Shown one piece after another: positions 55,661-63,503 of a stretch of DNA of 64,000 nucleotides (positions are counted from its first letter, which is position 1; every line of letters begins with the position of its first letter). Source of the DNA: Bacilli bacterium. Lineage in GTDB: Bacteria; Bacillota_I; Bacilli_A; RF39; UBA660. The DNA is taken from positions 48,663-112,662 of the forward strand of contig JAFQSD010000004.1 of NCBI GenBank assembly GCA_017409785.1. The letters are read 5' to 3'. Under the pieces are notes generated by a model that was not told the origin of the DNA, did not search any database, and saw only the letters and a list, made by a program, of their open reading frames with translations. The translations under genes and the position numbers were made by a program.

Positions 55661-56554
55661 ATGAAAAATATAAATAATGGAGCAGAATTCTTAAACTTAG
55701 TATTTAAGGATATGACTGACTCAATAAAGTCAAAATCAAACGAACCATCAAAAAGAATTACAGAATATTTAGAAAGACTTGAAAGAATCCATGGAGAAGC
55801 ATTAACTGATGAACGTAAACTAGAAGCATTAAAAGCATTCTACTATGACAAATACATAATTAAGTCTTTACCAGAAAGTTACATTAAATATCGTAAGGGA
55901 TATTTTCATGATTTAGGTTTAGTAGACAAAGAAGAATTAACAGAAGAAGATTTAGGCTTAGTATTAGGATGTATAAAATATGAACAAAGAAAGTCATTAG
56001 ATAATTGGTTAGATTATTTGTTTGATCCAAGTAATAATCAACCAACTTGGTTTAAATATTATGTCTTTCAAGGAATATCTAAAGTAGGTGTATTTTATCC
56101 AATATTAGGTGATTTTACAAAAAGAAGTGCTTCAACAACAGCTCCATTTATTCCTGTAGAACCAGAAGTTATTAATAATATGTATTCACTAGTTTCTAAA
56201 GTTTTAGATAGTGAACCTCTTACTCCAGAAGAACAAGAAATAACTGCTCATGGTTTAAACTTTAGAAATCTTTATAGTAATTTATATACAAAAGGAAAGA
56301 AGAAAGTATCACAATCACAACTTATAGATGATGATGTTCCAGTACACGAAGGACCAGCAATACCAGATTATAATTCATCTGATTCAAGTGCTAATGTATA
56401 TCAAAATCATCAAACAGATGAAAATGGAGTACATATAGGTTCTGCCATACCGGATTATAATTCATCAAGTTATGACTTCGATTCAATACCTCAAGAAGAT
56501 GATGATTTTTTTCTACCTCCATTCGAAGAAGAAAAACCAGCATTTAAAAAATAA
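55661..56554 (+). CDS. hypothetical protein with tandem C-terminal IPDYNSS repeats
   Basis: ORF plus RBS; internal duplicated segment (GPAIPDYNSS / GSAIPDYNSS). Confidence 0.35.
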   Translation: MKNINNGAEFLNLVFKDMTDSIKSKSNEPSKRITEYLERLERIHGEALTDERKLEALKAFYYDKYIIKSLPESYIKYRKGYFHDLGLVDKEELTEEDLGLVLGCIKYEQRKSLDNWLDYLFDPSNNQPTWFKYYVFQGISKVGVFYPILGDFTKRSASTTAPFIPVEPEVINNMYSLVSKVLDSEPLTPEEQEITAHGLNFRNLYSNLYTKGKKKVSQSQLIDDDVPVHEGPAIPDYNSSDSSANVYQNHQTDENGVHIGSAIPDYNSSSYDFDSIPQEDDDFFLPPFEEEKPAFKK

Positions 56555-56563
56555 GGAGATAAA

Positions 56564-57436
56564 ATGACAAAAGTATATTTCACAAAAATTTTAGAACCAC
56601 AAAGTTTAGTAAACATATATAATAAATTAGGAGTAGAATTAACTGGTAATGTAGCTGTAAAACTACACTCTGGTGAAGAAGGTAATCAAAACTACTTAAA
56701 ACCAGAATTTGTTAAAGAATTGATTAATTATGTAAATGGTACAGTAGTAGAATGTAACACTGCTTATCCAGGTAAAAGAAATACTACCAAGAAACATGAA
56801 AAATTAATGGAGAAACATGGTTGGAGTAAATACTTCAATGTAGACATTTTAGATAAAGAACAAGAACTGGTTTTATATAATGAAAATGGAAAAATTATTA
56901 AAAAGAACATTGTAGGAAAAAATATGGAAAACTATGATTCAATGCTAGTTCTTTCACATTTTAAAGGACATCCTATGGGAGGCTTTGGAGGAGCATTAAA
57001 AAATATGTCTATTGGTCTTGCCTCAAGTAAAGGAAAAAAATATATCCATACTGGTGGTAAAGAAAAAAGCACTTATTTAGATTTATTTAGTGCAGACCAT
57101 GACTCATTCCTAATGGCTATGGGTGATGCTTGCAAAACAATAACAGATTACTACAAAGATAAGATTATTTATATAAATGTAATGGTAAATATGTCAGTAG
57201 ACTGTGATTGTTGTGCTAAAGCTAAAGATCCATGTATGCAAGATATTGGAATTCTAGCATCAACTGATCCAGTAGCCTTAGACCAAGCTTGTATTGATTT
57301 AGTTTATAATTCTACCGATCCAGGAAGAGATGAACTTGTAGAAAGAATAGAATCAAAAAATGGTTTATTAACTATTAAAGCCTCAGAAGAACAAGGTGTA
57401 GGTTCAAGAGAATATGAACTTATAAATATAGACTAA
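56564..57436 (+). CDS. DUF362-like Cys-rich protein (putative Fe-S protein)
   Basis: 290 aa with a Cys cluster VDCDCCAKAKDPC and general DUF362 resemblance. Confidence 0.45.
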   Translation: MTKVYFTKILEPQSLVNIYNKLGVELTGNVAVKLHSGEEGNQNYLKPEFVKELINYVNGTVVECNTAYPGKRNTTKKHEKLMEKHGWSKYFNVDILDKEQELVLYNENGKIIKKNIVGKNMENYDSMLVLSHFKGHPMGGFGGALKNMSIGLASSKGKKYIHTGGKEKSTYLDLFSADHDSFLMAMGDACKTITDYYKDKIIYINVMVNMSVDCDCCAKAKDPCMQDIGILASTDPVALDQACIDLVYNSTDPGRDELVERIESKNGLLTIKASEEQGVGSREYELINID

Positions 57437-57470
57437 AACAGGAAAAAAATTCCTGTTTTTATATTTTTAT
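57437..57470 (+). terminator. rho-independent terminator
   Basis: aacaggaa aaaaa ttcctgtt followed by tttat. Confidence 0.65.
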
Positions 57471-57502
57471 AGTATAATAAAAATGAATTGTTGGAGGTAC
57501 CT

Positions 57503-58639
57503 ATGAATAAAGAAATATATTTTGATAATAATGCCACAACTAAAGTAGATGAATCAGTACTAAATGAAATGTTACCATATCTAAAAGAACAATATGGTAA
57601 TCCGAGTAGTACATACTCATTTGGCAAAAATATAAAAGATAAAATTACTAATATTAGAAAGAACATTGCCAAACTTATAAACGCAGATTATCAAGAAATA
57701 ATCTTCACAAGTTGTGCAAGTGAAAGTAATACAACTGCAATTATGAATGCAGTAAAATCTAATCCAAATAAAAAACATATTATAACTACTAAAGTAGAGC
57801 ATGCATCTATTCTTGAAACATGTAAACACCTAGAAAAAGAAGGATATAGAATTACTTACTTAAATGTTGATAGTCAAGGAAAATTAGATTTAAAAGAATT
57901 AGAAAGTTCTATTACTGAAGATACATTATTGATTTCAATAATGATGGCCAACAACGAATTAGGTAATATTTACCCAATAAAAGAAATAGGACAAATAGCT
58001 AAAAACAACAATATTTTATTTCATTGTGATGCGGTGCAGGCCATAGGTAAAGTAATAGTTGATGTTAAAGAAATGAATATAGATACTTTATCTTTATCAG
58101 GTCATAAAATTCATGCTCCAAAAGGAATAGGTGTTTTATACGTAAAAAAAGACATAGAATTTAATCCTTTAATATTTGGACATCAAGAAAACAATCGTCG
58201 TGGAGGAACAGAGAATGTTCCATATATCATTGCTATTGGTAAAGCAATAGAAAACATATTAAATGATCCAGAATCAAATATAAACATAAAGAAACTACGA
58301 GATGACTTAGAACAAAAAATTATAACTAATATAGAAGACGTTAAAATATATGGAGATAAAGAAAATAGATTACCCAATACATTAAATGTTGCTTTCAAAG
58401 GAGTAAATGCAGAAGAATTATTATTAATGCTAGAATCATTTAATATTTTTGTTTCAACTGGTTCAGCTTGCAATTCTGAATTAGCAGAACCATCACATGT
58501 ATTAGTTGCATGTAATGCAGACTTAGAAAACTATAGCCCAATTAGAATAAGTTTAGGAAAATATAATACTGAAGAAGAAATTGATTTCTTCTTAAAAAGA
58601 TTAATAACAATAGTAAATATGATTAGAAGGAGAAAATAA
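57503..58639 (+). CDS. cysteine desulfurase (NifS/IscS class V aminotransferase)
   Basis: PLP-lysine motif SLSGHKIHAPKG and a C-terminal SACNS region. The start was trimmed to ATG with RBS ggagg, because the track start is TTG. Confidence 0.8.
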   Translation: MNKEIYFDNNATTKVDESVLNEMLPYLKEQYGNPSSTYSFGKNIKDKITNIRKNIAKLINADYQEIIFTSCASESNTTAIMNAVKSNPNKKHIITTKVEHASILETCKHLEKEGYRITYLNVDSQGKLDLKELESSITEDTLLISIMMANNELGNIYPIKEIGQIAKNNNILFHCDAVQAIGKVIVDVKEMNIDTLSLSGHKIHAPKGIGVLYVKKDIEFNPLIFGHQENNRRGGTENVPYIIAIGKAIENILNDPESNINIKKLRDDLEQKIITNIEDVKIYGDKENRLPNTLNVAFKGVNAEELLLMLESFNIFVSTGSACNSELAEPSHVLVACNADLENYSPIRISLGKYNTEEEIDFFLKRLITIVNMIRRRK

Positions 58640-58640
58640 A

Positions 58641-59246
58641 ATGCCAGTAGTAGTAAATTTTAAAATATGTGATAATGCTAAAGAATGTGGTGGAGTAGCA
58701 GTATGCCCAACAGGAGCCTATACATATGATGAAGAAAAAGAAACAATTGTAATTGATAATGACAAATGCATTTCTTGTGGATTATGTGAAAGAGAATGTC
58801 CAATAGGTGCAATTATGGTTGCAAAGACCAAAGAAGAGTATGAAAAAATAAAAGAAGAAGTGGATAATGATCCACGTACAACAAAAGATTTATTTGTAGA
58901 TCGCTATGGAGCAGCACCACTATCAGAATTCTTTATGATTGAAGAAACCGATATAGAAGAAAAAACTAAAAGTCAAGGACTAACTCTAATAGAATTCTAC
59001 AACGATGATTCAATTCAATGTTTATTAAAATCTATTCCGATTAAAGAACTAACAAATTCTTTCCCAAAAGACACTTTGTTTTATAAAGTTGATGTTACAG
59101 AAGAAACAATGAATAAATATTCTATTGAAGAATTACCTGCATTACTAGTATTTAAAAATAAAGAACTTTTAGGAAAAATTGATGGTTACTTTGAAAATGA
59201 TCATAAAGAAGAATTAATAAGTAAATTAGCTGAATTTATTAAATAA
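58641..59246 (+). CDS. ferredoxin-like (2 x Cys cluster) protein with C-terminal thioredoxin-fold-like domain
   Basis: CDNAKECGGVAVCP and CISCGLCERECP. The C-terminal half lacks CxxC. Confidence 0.5.
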   Translation: MPVVVNFKICDNAKECGGVAVCPTGAYTYDEEKETIVIDNDKCISCGLCERECPIGAIMVAKTKEEYEKIKEEVDNDPRTTKDLFVDRYGAAPLSEFFMIEETDIEEKTKSQGLTLIEFYNDDSIQCLLKSIPIKELTNSFPKDTLFYKVDVTEETMNKYSIEELPALLVFKNKELLGKIDGYFENDHKEELISKLAEFIK

Positions 59247-59280
59247 TATGTTATAATATGAAACATTTAGGGGGATTCAT

Positions 59281-60075
59281 ATGAGCAAATTATATATTCA
59301 AAATTTAGCACCAATAATAACAGAGCGTTGCAATTTAAAATGTATGCATTGTATGCGTGGAACTGCAACATCAAAGGATATGAAAGATGAAGTTATAGAA
59401 CAACTAGGCCAAATAGATTCAATAGGAAATATAACTATCTGTGGAGGAGAACCTACTTTAGCTTTACCTACATTAGAAAAGTTACTAACATTTATTGTGG
59501 ACAATCATATTGGATTAGACACTCTAACAATGACAATAAATGGTACAAACTATAGTGAAGAATTATTAAGATTATTAGATTATATTGATGAATATATTCC
59601 TAAAAGAAAATATGATGTAAACGCTTTCTTTGGTATATCAAAAGATCCATTTCATGTAAGAGAATTAAAAGATAGAGGTCAAATTGATACATATGTAGAT
59701 AATGTAACTAAATATGTTGAAAGTCCACATTTTCTAGAATATCGTGAAATAGATAAAAAACTATTTAGAGAGGGTAGAGCAGAATCACTTGATCCAAGAA
59801 TTACTATACCTCTAAATCCATGGCCAATAATTTATACATATTTAAAAGAACATGATGTAACAGAAGTGGGACCATTAGTAGCAATTAACCCAGATGGAAT
59901 AGTTACTGAATGTGATGCTTCTTTAGAACATCAAAGAACATTATATAATTATGGAAATATTTTAGAAGAAGATTTAGAGTTAATTATAAAAAGAGTAGGA
60001 GAAGAAGTATCTCCAAGAACATGGTATAGAAAAACTGGAAAAATAATAAAAAAACAAATTAATTACAACAAGTAA
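59281..60075 (+). CDS. small radical SAM enzyme (PflA/NrdG-like minimal activase architecture)
   Basis: CNLKCMHC (CxxxCxxC) at residues 17-24 and a GGEP motif (ICGGEPTL); 264 aa. Confidence 0.6.
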   Translation: MSKLYIQNLAPIITERCNLKCMHCMRGTATSKDMKDEVIEQLGQIDSIGNITICGGEPTLALPTLEKLLTFIVDNHIGLDTLTMTINGTNYSEELLRLLDYIDEYIPKRKYDVNAFFGISKDPFHVRELKDRGQIDTYVDNVTKYVESPHFLEYREIDKKLFREGRAESLDPRITIPLNPWPIIYTYLKEHDVTEVGPLVAINPDGIVTECDASLEHQRTLYNYGNILEEDLELIIKRVGEEVSPRTWYRKTGKIIKKQINYNK

Positions 60076-60087
60076 AGATATCAAAAT

Positions 60088-60116
60088 TTGCAAAAACAAT
60101 AAACTTATGTTATAAT
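60088..60116 (+). promoter_or_regulatory. promoter TTGCAA-17-TGtTATAAT
   Basis: Seen directly. Confidence 0.5.
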
Positions 60117-60119
60117 TAA

Positions 60120-60340
60120 GCCAGTTAATTAAAAGACGACTCATTCAAAGTAATTATTTTATAATGTTTTATAGAGAGTTTGTGGTTATGTGGAAACAAA
60201 CAAAAATAAAATAATGAATTACAAGTGATGATTTTAATCGGAGAAGTCCGTTATCAAAATAAGGTAATAAACTATTATTACAAATAAAGGTGGTACCACG
60301 AGCATTTCGTCCTTTTGGATGAAGTGCTCTTTTTATTTTC
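60120..60340 (+). promoter_or_regulatory. T-box riboswitch leader (tyrosine specifier candidate UAC at 60220-60222)
   Basis: AGAGAG stem-I start, T-box core aaaGGTGGTACCacgag with a 7-nt UGGUACC bulge flanked by AAAGG/CCUUU and ACGA/UCGU helices, and an overlapping terminator gagcatttcgtcc/ggatgaagtgctc plus a T-run. It lies upstream of tyrS. Confidence 0.7.
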
Positions 60341-60356
60341 AAAGGAGGTGATTTGT

Positions 60357-60455
60357 ATGGATAGTGACTATTACTATTATTACTTTGATGATTGTAATTT
60401 AATTAACTATACAAATTATTTAGGAGGAAATAAAAATGAAAAAGAAATTATTTGA
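60357..60455 (+). CDS. candidate 32-codon Tyr-rich upstream ORF (MDSDYYYYYFDDCNLINYTNYLGGNKNEKEII)
   Basis: Strong RBS aaaggaggtg 7 nt upstream, directly after the T-box terminator; overlaps the tyrS RBS and start in another frame. Confidence 0.3.
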   Translation: MDSDYYYYYFDDCNLINYTNYLGGNKNEKEII

Positions 60456-61674
60456 TATTCTCAAAGAAAGAGGATACATAAAAGATTTAACACACGAACA
60501 AGAAATTATTGATTTATTGAATGGAGAACCATTTACATTTTACTTAGGAATTGATCCGACAGCAGATAGTCTACATATTGGTCATTTCTTTGCCTTAACA
60601 ATGTTTAGATGGTTACAAGATTTTGGACACAAAGGTATTGTCTTAGTTGGAGGAGCAACAGCCCTAATAGGAGATCCGACTGGAAAAAGTGATATGAGAA
60701 AAATGTTATCAAAAGAAGAAGTTGCTCACAACAAAGCTGAAGTAAAAGAATTAGTAAAACGTTTTGTAAAAACAGATGGAGATAATCCTGCAATTATTGT
60801 AGATAATGCAGATTGGATTTCTGATAAGAATTACATAGACTTTATGAGAGACATTGGAGTACACTTCAATGTCAACAATATGCTCCAAGCAGATTGTTAC
60901 AAAAAACGTCTAGAAAATGGTGGATTAACATTCCTAGAAATGGGCTACATGTTAATGCAAGCATTTGACTTTGTACATCTAAATAAAGAATTTGGTTGTA
61001 AACTACAAATAGGTGGTTCAGACCAATGGGGTAATATTATTGCTGGAGTAGACTTATCTAGAAAAATAGGATTTAGTGAAGGTAAAAAAATAGACCCATT
61101 ATTTGGTTTAGTATGTCCATTACTAATAAAAGCAGATGGAGAAAAAATGGGTAAAACAGCAACAGGTACACTATGGGTATCTAGAGATAAAACATCTACA
61201 TTTGAATTTTTCCAAGCATGGATGAATTCATTTGATGAAGATGTTGAAAGAAGTTTATCTTTCTTCACAAGAATGGAAATAGAAGATATAAAAGAACTTT
61301 GCAAAAAAGATATTAGAGAAGCAAAAAAACTTCTGGCTTTCGAAGTAACAAAATTAGTTCATGGTGAAGATGAAGCTATTAAAGCCAGAAAAACATCAGA
61401 AGAACTATTTAGTAATAAAGGTATTTCTGATAACATGCCAAGTATAACTTTATCTAAAGATAAATTAGATATTAATATAGTCGACTTATTAGTAGAAACA
61501 AATCTAGTAACATCTAAATCTGAAGCAAGAAGACTAATAGAACAAAATGGTATAAGTATAAATCAAATAAAAGTAAATAGTGTTAATGATTTAATAACAA
61601 AAGAAAGTTTAACTGAAAACTTTATAATTATTCAAAAAGGTAAAAAAGTATTTTTAAAAGTTATATTTGAATAA
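60436..61674 (+). CDS. tyrS: tyrosyl-tRNA synthetase
   Basis: HIGH (LHIGHF), KMSKS-like KMGKT, and an N-terminus collinear with TyrS. Confidence 0.9.
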   Translation: MKKKLFDILKERGYIKDLTHEQEIIDLLNGEPFTFYLGIDPTADSLHIGHFFALTMFRWLQDFGHKGIVLVGGATALIGDPTGKSDMRKMLSKEEVAHNKAEVKELVKRFVKTDGDNPAIIVDNADWISDKNYIDFMRDIGVHFNVNNMLQADCYKKRLENGGLTFLEMGYMLMQAFDFVHLNKEFGCKLQIGGSDQWGNIIAGVDLSRKIGFSEGKKIDPLFGLVCPLLIKADGEKMGKTATGTLWVSRDKTSTFEFFQAWMNSFDEDVERSLSFFTRMEIEDIKELCKKDIREAKKLLAFEVTKLVHGEDEAIKARKTSEELFSNKGISDNMPSITLSKDKLDINIVDLLVETNLVTSKSEARRLIEQNGISINQIKVNSVNDLITKESLTENFIIIQKGKKVFLKVIFE

Positions 61675-61716
61675 ATATAAATAATATTGTATGATTATAT
61701 ACAAGGAGGAGATAGT

Positions 61717-61764
61717 ATGAAGAAAACGAACATTTCAATTCAAACTATCTCTTTTATTTTCTAG
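61717..61764 (+). CDS. candidate 15-aa leader peptide MKKTNISIQTISFIF
   Basis: RBS aaggagga 6 nt upstream; the stop codon TAG abuts the 5' arm of the following terminator. Confidence 0.3.
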   Translation: MKKTNISIQTISFIF

Positions 61765-61799
61765 ACTTATTATTCCCTTAGGATAATAAGTCTTTTTTT
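61764..61799 (+). terminator. intrinsic terminator / attenuator upstream of pyrH
   Basis: gacttattat ...loop... ataataagtc followed by a T7 run. Confidence 0.6.
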
Positions 61800-61811
61800 A
61801 TAGGAGGATAT

Positions 61812-62516
61812 ATGAAATATAAAAGAATATTATTAAAATTAAGTGGAGAATCATTAGCTGGTTCTAAAGGAACAGGAATAGATTTTGATAAAGTATTAGA
61901 TGTTTGTAGAGAAATTACTGAAGTTGCTAAAAAAGGAGTAGAAGTAGCTATAGTGGTTGGTGGAGGAAACTTCTGGAGAGGAAGAAGTAATCAACAAATG
62001 GATAGATGTACATCTGACTATATTGGTATGCTAGGAACTACAATGAATGCACTGGCAATAGGAGATGCTTTTAAACAATTAAATCAACCTGTAAGAGTTC
62101 AAACAGGAGTAGAAATGCGACAAATAGCAGAATACTATATCAAAGATAGAGCAATCAAACATCTAACTAATAATAGAGTTGTAGTATTTGGTTGTGGAAC
62201 TGGTTCACCATTCTTTTCAACTGATACAGCAGCTGCCCTAAGAGCGGCAGAAATAAATGCAGATGCCCTTTTAAAAGCAACAAACGTAGATGGAATCTAT
62301 ACAAAAGATCCAAAGAAATATGAAGATGCTGAAAAGATAGATGAAATAACATATATGGAAGTATTAAATAAAAAACTAAATGTCATGGATACAACAGCAA
62401 CATCACTATGTATGGATAATAATATTCCAATCATAGTATTTGATATAAATACAAACGGTAATTTAAAAAAAGTAGTAGAAGGTAAAAAGATAGGAACTAT
62501 TGTAGAAAACAAATAA
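61812..62516 (+). CDS. pyrH: UMP kinase
   Basis: ILLKLSGESL, VVGGGN and the FGCGTGSPFFSTD motif; 234 aa. Confidence 0.9.
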   Translation: MKYKRILLKLSGESLAGSKGTGIDFDKVLDVCREITEVAKKGVEVAIVVGGGNFWRGRSNQQMDRCTSDYIGMLGTTMNALAIGDAFKQLNQPVRVQTGVEMRQIAEYYIKDRAIKHLTNNRVVVFGCGTGSPFFSTDTAAALRAAEINADALLKATNVDGIYTKDPKKYEDAEKIDEITYMEVLNKKLNVMDTTATSLCMDNNIPIIVFDINTNGNLKKVVEGKKIGTIVENK

Positions 62517-62549
62517 CTTTCATGATATATTAAAAACAGGAGTGATACT

Positions 62550-63176
62550 ATGGAAAATAAAAATATATCTGAAACAAAACAAAAAACAAAATTTAATCCA
62601 GGAAGTATCTTATTACTTATAGGATTATTATTAATAGCAGTAGGAGTAGCTTTAACAACCTTTGTACCACAAGAAGAACCAAATACTGAAACACCAAACC
62701 AACCTTCAGAAGAAACTCTTCCAGAAACAGAAACTGAAGTAGGGCAATTAATTGAACTTTCAAAAGAAACTGAAGAAATAACATATGATGAGAATCTACG
62801 TATTAAATTTATTGGAACAAAGAGTTCTGATATGGAAAATGCTTATAAATATAAAGCAGAGATTTATTTAAATGGAGAACTATTAAGTCATAATTTCTAC
62901 ACAGGACAAAATATTTATTCAAGTAATTATGGTGCGTATGTAAAAATTTATAAACTAGAGGGAACATATATTATAAGTTCATTTATTGCTAAACAATGTA
63001 ATGGAAATGATGTTTTAGTATTTACTTCTGATAAAACAGAGATGACTCCATACTTAGATGTGACTTTAGGTGTTGACCAAGAAAATAGTAAATACACTAT
63101 TTCTAAATGTGGTGATTGCATGGATGTAACAACATGCCAAGAAAAGACACTAGAAGTACCAAAATTGACAAAATAA
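62550..63176 (+). CDS. membrane-anchored/secreted hypothetical protein
   Basis: N-terminal TM helix (ILLLIGLLLIAVGVAL), then a Pro/Glu/Thr-rich linker and a Cys-containing domain. Confidence 0.4.
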   Translation: MENKNISETKQKTKFNPGSILLLIGLLLIAVGVALTTFVPQEEPNTETPNQPSEETLPETETEVGQLIELSKETEEITYDENLRIKFIGTKSSDMENAYKYKAEIYLNGELLSHNFYTGQNIYSSNYGAYVKIYKLEGTYIISSFIAKQCNGNDVLVFTSDKTEMTPYLDVTLGVDQENSKYTISKCGDCMDVTTCQEKTLEVPKLTK

Positions 63177-63193
63177 ACAAACTATTATATAAT
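63165..63193 (+). promoter_or_regulatory. consensus promoter TTGACA-17-TATAAT
   Basis: Seen directly; it overlaps the upstream stop codon. Confidence 0.5.
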
Positions 63194-63239
63194 TAGAACC
63201 ATCACAAAACCAGTGCGAGGAAGAAGTAGAAAAGTAAAA

Positions 63240-63484
63240 GCATTTTAGAGAACTCTGTTAGGTGAAAAAGAGGATGTAATGACTTTTTGAACATGGCCCT
63301 CAAGGGTGAATGGCTGAAACTTTAGTAAGTCATTACAGGTGTGCCTGTTACAGCACAAGCCTATAACTATGCAAAAGACATAAGTAGGTTAGCGAGTTTA
63401 GTACAGTAATGCACTATTAAATAAGAGTGGTAGCGTGATATATATTCACCTCTTAGGATTTTTTCCTAAGAGGTTTTTTGTTTA
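63240..63484 (+). promoter_or_regulatory. T-box riboswitch leader (methionine; AUG specifier candidates at 63274-63276 or 63279-63281)
   Basis: AGAGA stem-I start; antiterminator AAGAG-UGGUAGC-GUGA..UCAC-CUCUU with the 7-nt bulge; terminator cctcttagg/cctaagagg plus a T-run; lies upstream of metG. Confidence 0.6.
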
Positions 63485-63503
63485 TAAGAAAGGAAGGGAT
63501 ACA

